Below, piece by piece: positions 57,229-64,000 of a stretch of 64,000 bases of DNA. Under the pieces are notes generated by a model. That model saw nothing but the letters and a program-made list of their open reading frames with translations. It did not search any database and was not told where the DNA came from. The stretch spans positions 384,001 through 448,000 of the forward strand of contig CBDCNQ010000003.1 of NCBI GenBank assembly GCA_965219445.1. Reading direction: 5' to 3'. Source of the stretch: Longimicrobiales bacterium. Lineage in GTDB: Bacteria; Gemmatimonadota; Gemmatimonadetes; Longimicrobiales; Gaopeijiaceae. How positions within the stretch are numbered: the stretch's first letter is position 1; every line of letters starts with the position of its first letter. A program made the position numbers and the translations under genes.

Positions 57229-58306
57229 TCGCCATCGCATCCCCATACGAATAGAACCGGTAGCCCTCGCCGATCGCCTCGCTGTACGCCTCCATCGTCC
57301 TCTTGTACCCGCCGAACGCGGCCACCAGCATCAAGAGCGTCGACCGCGGCAGGTGAAAGTTCGTAATCAGCCCGTCCACCACCTGAAAACGGTACGGCGG
57401 TCGGATAAAGAGATCCGTCGCACCGCCCCCCTCCCCGACCACCCCGTCACGAGCCGCACTTTCGAGCGTGCGCACCACCGTCGTGCCCACCGCCCAGATG
57501 CTCCGCCCCTCTGCTCGTGCAGCGTTGATCGCCCCCGCCGCCTCGGCGGACACGAAGTACGGCTCGCTGTGCATGTCGTGCTCGGCCGGATCGTCCGCCT
57601 CGACCGGCCGAAACGTCCCCACCCCGACGTCCAGGATGATCGCCACGCGACGCACGCCCTTCTCGTCGATCTTGTCCAGCAAGTCGGGGGTGAAGTGTAG
57701 TCCCGCCGTGGGTGCGGCCACAGACCCAGGCACACGTGCGTACACCGTTTGGTAGCGCTCCCGGTCTAGGGGCTCGTCCTCCCTCTCCAAATAGGGGGGA
57801 AGGGGGACGTGGCCGTGTTTCTCCAAGGTCTCCCGCACTGAACCCTGTGCCACAAGCCGCACCACCCGCCCTCCCCCCGGCGCGGAGTCCACGACCTCCA
57901 CGTCGAACCCCGGCGCGATGTTCACGACTCGCCCGGGCTTGAGCTTCCCGCCGGGCCGCACCAACGCCTCCCAGAGCGTGGCCTCGTCGCCAGCCGCACG
58001 GCCCTCTCCCTCCCCATCCGTCTCCGTCTCACCCGCCCAAGGCCGCAAAAGAAGGATCTCCGAAGGCGCCCCGGTGGGCTTTCGTCCCAAGAGCCGTGCG
58101 GGGGCCACCCGGCTCTCGTTCACCACCAGCACGTCTCCGGAGTTCAGCAGGTTCACGAGATCGGTGAAGCGTCGATGCACGAACGGGCCACACTCGGGCG
58201 GCACCACGAGCAGCCTGCTATGGTCCCTTCGCTCAGTCGGATATCGGGCGATCCGCCCGGCAGGCAGATCGTATTCATAGTCCGAAACACGGGTGCCGCT
58301 CTTCAC
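57197..58306 (-). CDS. queA: S-adenosylmethionine:tRNA ribosyltransferase-isomerase
   Basis: DYEYDLP...IA..P, PLPPY, RYQTVYA..PGSVAAPTAGLHFT, AVGTT, TNFHLPRSTL, YRFYSYGDAM; start GTG 58306. Confidence 0.97.
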   Translation of the reverse strand: MKSGTRVSDYEYDLPAGRIARYPTERRDHSRLLVVPPECGPFVHRRFTDLVNLLNSGDVLVVNESRVAPARLLGRKPTGAPSEILLLRPWAGETETDGEGEGRAAGDEATLWEALVRPGGKLKPGRVVNIAPGFDVEVVDSAPGGGRVVRLVAQGSVRETLEKHGHVPLPPYLEREDEPLDRERYQTVYARVPGSVAAPTAGLHFTPDLLDKIDEKGVRRVAIILDVGVGTFRPVEADDPAEHDMHSEPYFVSAEAAGAINAARAEGRSIWAVGTTVVRTLESAARDGVVGEGGGATDLFIRPPYRFQVVDGLITNFHLPRSTLLMLVAAFGGYKRTMEAYSEAIGEGYRFYSYGDAMAINPLPPGASR

Positions 58307-58344
58307 CCGTCCCGGAGCCACGAGGCTAGGAACCCCAACCGTCC

Positions 58345-59061
58345 TTACGGATCCAGCGGGACCAGTGGAAGCACGAAGACGAGGGAGAGCGACCAGGCGC
58401 TCGCATCGTCGAGAAAGAGCTCGTCTCCGATCAGGTCGCCCGCCTTGGGGAGGCCCGTCGCCACGTAGTCGATAGAGAGTTCCACTTCGGCGTTCCGTAG
58501 CCAGCGACCGTCGGGCAACCAATTGAACAGGTGGAGGGCGGTGTCCAACTCGAAATTGAGCTTGTGTGTGTAGACGCTCGTCGCGTCCGGCCGCTCGCCA
58601 GGACTGAACTTGTCGATGATGTCGAAGTGGGAGGAGAGCCAACCCCCCGTCTGGTCGGAGTCGATCAGATCCACGTTGAGCTCGCTTTCGAGCTCCACCA
58701 CATTGTCGCGGATGTCGTCGCGGCCCAGGTCAGCCGCCGTGGCACCCGTGAAGGGATGCTCGGAAGTACTCCCGAACGGAGTGAAGCCCACCTCGAACGT
58801 GAGCCCTACACGCGGAATCTCAGTGGGTACGTCGAGCGCGAAGATCAGCTCGAAGACGGTCTCTCGTTCGGTCTCCTCGACGACCCCACCGACCTCCACT
58901 CGCGCCCGGTCTCCCAGATTTTCAAATGTGACGGTGGGCTCGATCTTCAGCTCTGGCACACACAGGAAGGCGCAGGATCCGCCCTCCTGGGACTCTCCGT
59001 GCGCCGGAATTAGCAGAACAAGGGCGAAGCTAGCGAGTGCAGCAAGCTTGCTGGCGTGCAT
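58345..59061 (-). CDS. secreted hypothetical protein, possibly beta-barrel
   Basis: Signal peptide ending GES-Q, CAFLC motif, alternating strands (KLNFELDTAL, EVELSIDYV, SLSLVFVLPL). Confidence 0.7.
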   Translation of the reverse strand: MHASKLAALASFALVLLIPAHGESQEGGSCAFLCVPELKIEPTVTFENLGDRARVEVGGVVEETERETVFELIFALDVPTEIPRVGLTFEVGFTPFGSTSEHPFTGATAADLGRDDIRDNVVELESELNVDLIDSDQTGGWLSSHFDIIDKFSPGERPDATSVYTHKLNFELDTALHLFNWLPDGRWLRNAEVELSIDYVATGLPKAGDLIGDELFLDDASAWSLSLVFVLPLVPLDP

Positions 59062-59139
59062 GATCACGCTACCCTCGACCCACCATCGTGACACGGAGGG
59101 CCAGTTCCTCAACTTCTTTGTCAGGTCGGAGGTAGCCCA

Positions 59140-61263
59140 TCACCTGAACGGTAGTTCGTTCACGACGTGACACGTCCCGCAGGCGGCCGTGTAAGGAATG
59201 GGCATCGCCCTGCCCGGCGACACGCCCCAAACCCCAGCGTTGGTTTTCAAGGGCACATCGAATACATGTGAGTTTATGGGGCCTTCCCAGTAGGCGCTGT
59301 TCTCTTCTTCGGCCGCATCGGCATAGGGGGGCGTCCCTATCATCCTGCCAAAATTGCCCGCGATGCCGCCAGTATTGGCTGTTCCGGGCATATGACAGGC
59401 GATACAGCTTGTCATCTCGCCCTTCATCTTCGCGTTCAGTTCCGTTTCCATGTGAGACAGAATGTCTACGCTGTGACATCTCTGGCACAACGGTGAGCTA
59501 GAGTCATCGGGGTCATCCATGAGCGCGCGCGGGTACGGTGTGCCACCATGCATGTCATGGCAGTCCGAGCAGGTGACCAGCAATCGATCGTTTCTGTACA
59601 TCTTCGACTTCAGGAAATCCGAATACTGCTGGTGGGGTTGCCTCGAGTGGATATCGTCGGGCCAGATGTTGTTCTCCCTTCCAGGACCTTGCATGGTAGG
59701 CCCCTTCTTGATTGGGTCCGTATACGTCGTGATCAGTTCGTGGCGGCTTATTCCCGGCCTCGCGAGCTCTCCTTCCACGCTGAGAGCCTGTGTATAACCC
59801 ACGGTTCCTCCGCCATAGCCTTGGCGCCTGTCGTGGCACCGGCCACAGACCACCCCGGACCGCTCCGCTGAGAGATACTTGGGGTTGACGATAAAGCGGG
59901 ATCTTCCTTCGTTGGCCACATGCTCTGACCCGGGACCGTGGCAATTTTCACAGCCGATATTGATCTCGTCCATCTCGGGGTCATCGTCTATGTTCATTGC
60001 GCCGCCGGGATCATTGACGGCTCGTACCAGAAACTGGCCGGTGGCCTCGTCTTCGTACCGTTCCCAGCCCGTTAGATGACAGCTGGCGCACATGGTCTGA
60101 ACGGTATTCGTGTTGATTGGCGGAGCCTTGATCAAATCGTCGGGGGTCCCGTATTGGGCGTCCCCGCCAGGGGCCCACCAGAGGTAGAACTTGTAGTCGT
60201 GCCAAACTCGCCGCGCCCTATTCAACCTGTTGTCACGCCCGGTCATGTTATACCGAAGCACGGTGTACCATCCCGGCCGAACTCCCAGCTCCGGTGGAGC
60301 AGAGACGATGTACCGCTGGTCGTGAACGGCTCCGCCGTAAAGGAGCTTTATCTCCAGGTGAGCTGGGCTATTGGGGTCCGTCGGGTTGAGGCTGTTCACC
60401 ATCGTGATGTAGTACTTGCCGTCGTCATTGTTCTTCCACAAATAGACGTCGGCATAGGTCGTCTCGATGGGTAGCCGAGAATCGCCAAATGCTCTCAGCT
60501 TGAATTTGTCATTATTCCTCTGTGCATCGTAGTCCCCCAGCTCGAGGTGCGTTCCGTTCTCGTATTCGTCTGTCTCGGGGAACGATTCGAGCGCGTCGAA
60601 GTAGTCCGGGTGTTTCGAATAATCCTGCATCGGCCCGGGAGCCCCTGGTACGGTCCATCCGATCTTGTGGGCGGTTTCTTGCCAGTGCCTTTCATCCTGA
60701 TGACATGTCATACAGCTCGAGCTGCCGACCGCTACGGCAGCCGGAGAGGGGCTGCTTGAAATCCGGATGGTCCGCGATTCACCGCGCAACAGCTCAGCTG
60801 GATAGCTTCTTCGGCTCTGGTCTCCACCGGGGAGGTGTTCGGTGTCTTCTGCGGCGGGGGTCACATGAATGAAGAACTTGCCGTCGGGCACATTCGTAAT
60901 GACGAACTCCCCTCGCGAATCCGTCGTGGCTTGCGGAAAGTCTGTGCCTCTTAGTCGAATAGCGTCCTCCAGCGGTTCATCATAGAGTTCTGCGGGGTAG
61001 GGTGGAGCATAGATGGCGCTGGCGGTCATTTGCGTGGAGATGTCAATCGCCGTTGTCGGAACCAGATGGACCGTTGCGCTGACAACGGGATGGCCGGGAT
61101 TGGTGGCTTCGCCACCAACAACTAAAGCGCCGGAAGCGCTCACCACGTGGCCCGAAAACTCGGTAGGTTGATCTGTCGCTGCGAGCATCAGCCCCGCTAT
61201 CACCATCACGGTGGGCAGTGAGACCGCCAGACCGATTAGTCTTACAGCGCCGTGTTGGTGCAT
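59140..61263 (-). CDS. exported octaheme c-type cytochrome
   Basis: Eight CxxCH motifs (CMTCH, CASCH, CENCH, CGRCH, CSDCH, CQRCH, CIACH, CGTCH), signal peptide, N-terminal beta-sandwich-like region. Confidence 0.9.
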   Translation of the reverse strand: MHQHGAVRLIGLAVSLPTVMVIAGLMLAATDQPTEFSGHVVSASGALVVGGEATNPGHPVVSATVHLVPTTAIDISTQMTASAIYAPPYPAELYDEPLEDAIRLRGTDFPQATTDSRGEFVITNVPDGKFFIHVTPAAEDTEHLPGGDQSRRSYPAELLRGESRTIRISSSPSPAAVAVGSSSCMTCHQDERHWQETAHKIGWTVPGAPGPMQDYSKHPDYFDALESFPETDEYENGTHLELGDYDAQRNNDKFKLRAFGDSRLPIETTYADVYLWKNNDDGKYYITMVNSLNPTDPNSPAHLEIKLLYGGAVHDQRYIVSAPPELGVRPGWYTVLRYNMTGRDNRLNRARRVWHDYKFYLWWAPGGDAQYGTPDDLIKAPPINTNTVQTMCASCHLTGWERYEDEATGQFLVRAVNDPGGAMNIDDDPEMDEINIGCENCHGPGSEHVANEGRSRFIVNPKYLSAERSGVVCGRCHDRRQGYGGGTVGYTQALSVEGELARPGISRHELITTYTDPIKKGPTMQGPGRENNIWPDDIHSRQPHQQYSDFLKSKMYRNDRLLVTCSDCHDMHGGTPYPRALMDDPDDSSSPLCQRCHSVDILSHMETELNAKMKGEMTSCIACHMPGTANTGGIAGNFGRMIGTPPYADAAEEENSAYWEGPINSHVFDVPLKTNAGVWGVSPGRAMPIPYTAACGTCHVVNELPFR

Positions 61264-61430
61264 CTCATCTTCTTTCTTCTTAGGGTCAATCTCGCCGCCA
61301 GACGGCCAGCCGAGGATGCGCCAGGATTGTCCGATCCAATCTCCATGATCGCTCGACATGATGATTCTATCTACAGGACGATAGCCTCTGAGCGTGAAGT
61401 GTACCATCATTCATCGCCTTCGTGTGGCGC

Positions 61431-61562
61431 TCAAGACCCTCGTGTCGGCTCGGAGAAAACCTGATCCACTGAGGCGTACGGCACCACCTCGAGTGCAGCA
61501 TCCCCACAGCTTGCGCCGGAGGCGACCGCCAGCGCGAGCGCGCCCAAGTTCCGTTTGATCAT
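61431..61562 (-). CDS. 43-aa small lipoprotein or truncated lipoprotein remnant
   Basis: MIKRNLGALALAVASGASCGDAALEVVPYASVDQVFSEPTRGS; purine-rich RBS, 10 nt after the ruvB stop; below the ORF-track cutoff. Confidence 0.5.
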   Translation of the reverse strand: MIKRNLGALALAVASGASCGDAALEVVPYASVDQVFSEPTRGS

Positions 61563-61572
61563 TCCCTGTCCC

Positions 61573-62616
61573 TCACTCGAAGAGCGACGACTGCCCACCC
61601 CCCACCCCACCCTCGGAGGGCAGCTCGTACCCGAACCGCCTGTAGGCCCTCGCGGTCGCCACCCGCCCCCGTGGCGTCCGCATGATGAATCCCTCCTGGA
61701 TCAAGAACGGCTCGTAGACCTCCTCCAGGGTGGAGGCATCCTCACCCATCGCCACAGCCAACGTTTCGAGCCCGACGGGGCCGCCCTCGAACTTCTCGAT
61801 CAGCGTGTGGAGCACGCGCCCGTCCATCTCGTCGAGGCCGTACTCGTCGACGTCGAGCATTCTGAGGGCTTCCTCGGCCACGGTCGCCGTGATGACACCC
61901 TCGGCCTTGACCTGGGCGAAGTCGCGCACCCGGCGGAGTAGCCGGTTGGCCACCCTGGGGGTTCCCCGGGCGCGGCGGGCCAGGATCTGCGCCCCCTCGG
62001 GCGAGCACTCCACACCCAGGATTTCCGAGCTTCGCGAAACGATCACTGCCAATTCCTCGGGCGGATAGAAATTCAGCCGCTGGATGATCCCGAAGCGGGC
62101 CCGCATGGGCGCGGTGAGGAGCCCGAAGCGCGTGGTCGCACCCACGAGCGTGAACTTTTCAATGTCCATGGTCATGGTCTGCGCCCGGGGGCCATCGGCT
62201 AGGCGGATCTCCACCCGGTAGTCCTCCATCGCGGGATACAGAAACTCCTCGATGATGGGCCGGAGCCGGTGGATCTCGTCGATGAAGAGGACGTCTCCCT
62301 CACGCTGATTGGTGAGCATGCCCACGAGGTCCGCCGGCTTCTCCAGCACGGGCCCCGACGTGGACTTGAAGTTCACGCCCATCTCTCGCGCGATCAGCGA
62401 CGCCAGTGTGGTCTTGCCGAGCCCCGGCGGGCCATGAAAGAGCAGGTGGTCCAGTGGTTCCCGGCGCTGTTTGGCGGCCTCGATGGCGATGCTCAACGCC
62501 TCGCGGACCTTGTCCTGGCCAATGAACTCCTCGAGGCGCTGGGGCCGGAGCGAGGGCTCGGTCACGGTGTCTTCCTGGAGGACCTCCGGTGTGGTGATTT
62601 CGCTCCGTCCGTTCAT
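61573..62616 (-). CDS. ruvB: Holliday junction branch migration helicase RuvB
   Basis: [57 protein letters not shown]. Confidence 0.98.
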   Translation of the reverse strand: MNGRSEITTPEVLQEDTVTEPSLRPQRLEEFIGQDKVREALSIAIEAAKQRREPLDHLLFHGPPGLGKTTLASLIAREMGVNFKSTSGPVLEKPADLVGMLTNQREGDVLFIDEIHRLRPIIEEFLYPAMEDYRVEIRLADGPRAQTMTMDIEKFTLVGATTRFGLLTAPMRARFGIIQRLNFYPPEELAVIVSRSSEILGVECSPEGAQILARRARGTPRVANRLLRRVRDFAQVKAEGVITATVAEEALRMLDVDEYGLDEMDGRVLHTLIEKFEGGPVGLETLAVAMGEDASTLEEVYEPFLIQEGFIMRTPRGRVATARAYRRFGYELPSEGGVGGGQSSLFE

Positions 62617-62656
62617 CGGCTAGCCCCCATCGGCCCTCGCTCGCTCATTACCATCT

Positions 62657-63256
62657 TCAACGCTTCACCAAAGCCCGGCGCACCAACTCGTCGGTGCCCA
62701 CCGCCCCGCCCTCTGCCAAGGAGCGCCGGACGGCCGCGTCCGCATCCACGAACGAATACCCCAGCGCCACGAGTGCCCCGACTGCCTCCTGGGCACCGGG
62801 CACCGCTCCGTCGCCGGCACCGTCCGCTCCGGCGACCTCTACGGCCAGGTCCTCGACCTTGTCGGCCAGCTCCAACACGATGAGCTCGGCGGTCTTCTTC
62901 CCGACGCCGCTCACCTGCGTGAGGGCGTTCACGTCCTTCTCGACCAACGCCTGCACGAGGCGCGGCCCCGAATACGTGGAGAGCATGTTCAGCGCCACCT
63001 TGGGCCCCACCTTCGGCGCCCCCAGAAGGCGGGCGAAGAGTTCGCGCTCGAACGGGTCAATGAAACCGTAGAGCGTGAGTGAGTCCTCCCGCACCACTTG
63101 GAGGGTGCGGATCTCGAAGTCCGGAGCCGGCGGCTTCGGCAGGCGCTGAAAGATCGACAGCGGGATCTGGACCTGGTAGACGACACCTCCAACGGTCTCC
63201 ACCTCTACGTGATCCAGCTCCCTGGAGATGAGCGTGCCCCGGAGACGGGTGATCAC
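62657..63256 (-). CDS. ruvA: Holliday junction DNA-binding protein RuvA
   Basis: I..LRG, GGV.Y.V, VREDS..LYGF, VGPK.AL, GVGKKTA..I.LEL.DK, AL..LGY; GTG 63256. Confidence 0.96.
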   Translation of the reverse strand: MITRLRGTLISRELDHVEVETVGGVVYQVQIPLSIFQRLPKPPAPDFEIRTLQVVREDSLTLYGFIDPFERELFARLLGAPKVGPKVALNMLSTYSGPRLVQALVEKDVNALTQVSGVGKKTAELIVLELADKVEDLAVEVAGADGAGDGAVPGAQEAVGALVALGYSFVDADAAVRRSLAEGGAVGTDELVRRALVKR

Positions 63257-63741
63257 CGGAACGCCCCCATGACGCAGTGGCAGAGCGCCGCCGCCACGCC
63301 ATCGGCGGCGTCGGCCGGCGAGGGAGGGGCCTTGAGCCGGAGTTGCTGCTGAACCATGAAGCCTACCTGATCTTTGGTCGCGTTCCCGTTTCCCACCACG
63401 GCCTTCTTGATCTCTCTGGGGGAGTACTCGGCGATCGGAATCTCGCCGAGCGCCGCCGCGAGCAGTATAGCCCCCCTGGCGTGTCCCAGCTTGAGGGCGC
63501 TCTGCACGTTCTTTCCCTGGAAGACGTCCTCCACCACGACGACAGACGGGGCGTGACGCGTGATCAGTGCGGTGACTTCTTCGTAGATCTCCCGAATCCG
63601 GACCGCCAGTGCCTCGCTCGACGACGTACGCACCACCCCGCATTCCACCAAGGAAACGGCGCTGCCACCCTCCTTGGCGACAACGCCGTACCCCGTGACG
63701 GCCGTCCCGGGATCGATGCCGAGAATCAGCTCTTTGCTCAC
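63253..63741 (-). CDS. ruvC: crossover junction endodeoxyribonuclease RuvC
   Basis: ILGIDPG....GYG, VEDVF, LGHARG, EYSP..IKKAVVG.G.A.K.QV, DAAD..A.ALCH. Confidence 0.97.
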   Translation of the reverse strand: MSKELILGIDPGTAVTGYGVVAKEGGSAVSLVECGVVRTSSSEALAVRIREIYEEVTALITRHAPSVVVVEDVFQGKNVQSALKLGHARGAILLAAALGEIPIAEYSPREIKKAVVGNGNATKDQVGFMVQQQLRLKAPPSPADAADGVAAALCHCVMGAFR

Positions 63742-63753
63742 CTAGGTACTCAC

Positions 63754-64000
63754 TCACATAGCCTGTGCGAGAATCTCTTCGTCGATATCCGCGTTGGACG
63801 AGACTTGCTGAACGTCGTCGATGTCGTCCAGCGCTTCCAAGAGCTTGATGAGCTTCTCGGCGTCCCTGCCCTCGACGCGGATCTCGTTCTGGGGAATCCA
63901 GGAAAGTTCGGCCCGCTCGAACTCGATCCCGGCCGACTTCATGCCGGCCTGCACCTCGTGGAACGCGCCCGCGTCCGTCGTGACGATGAACTCACCGTCC
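63754..64000 (-). CDS. yebC: YebC/PmpR family protein (C-terminal part, truncated by window edge)
   Basis: AELSWIPQN, KL.E.L.D.DDVQ.V.SN; upstream of ruvC. Confidence 0.92.
   Translation of the reverse strand, partial: DGEFIVTTDAGAFHEVQAGMKSAGIEFERAELSWIPQNEIRVEGRDAEKLIKLLEALDDIDDVQQVSSNADIDEEILAQAM

Noticed and set aside
58307..58642. N-terminal extension of QueA in the ORF track (likewise RuvA 63257-63757)
   Set aside because: These overlap upstream genes in another frame; family motifs start at GTG 58306 and GTG 63256.

Overview
GC-rich bacterial chromosome segment from a diderm; gene content and style suggest Gemmatimonadota (inference). The left part is mostly core genes: dapB-dapA-dapD plus an aminotransferase, a peptidoglycan-scavenging cluster (NamZ, two GH3 NagZ lipoproteins of which one is fused to a serine hydrolase, an SSS transporter, a BadF/MurK-like kinase, a D-amino-acid aminotransferase), CesT/YbjN-pspA, uvrA, tamA/tamB, lgt, tsaD, and tgt-yajC-def-fmt-thiE-thiS-thiG-rsmB-PASTA. 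The right end holds yebC-ruvC-ruvA-ruvB-queA. About 19.7 kb of accessory genes lie between queA and tgt. The best candidate for an undescribed system is in that block: an ECF sigma factor, a membrane anti-sigma with a CBM48/AMPK-type glycogen-binding domain, a probable outer-membrane protein with a second CBM48 domain, a secreted protein and an upstream helical lipoprotein. The same ECF-type promoter (TGTGACC-N16-CGTCT) precedes both the sigma gene and the lipoprotein gene. Other signals: a ~300 bp MITE-like element between thiE and thiS with a remnant end at 49.4 kb, three genes that appear to need CTG starts, a near-consensus sigma54 promoter ahead of two unknown genes, an octaheme cytochrome c inserted between ruvB and queA, and two frameshifted genes. 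No rRNA, tRNA, CRISPR array, integrase or transposase was recognised. All family calls come from motif recognition, not database searches.
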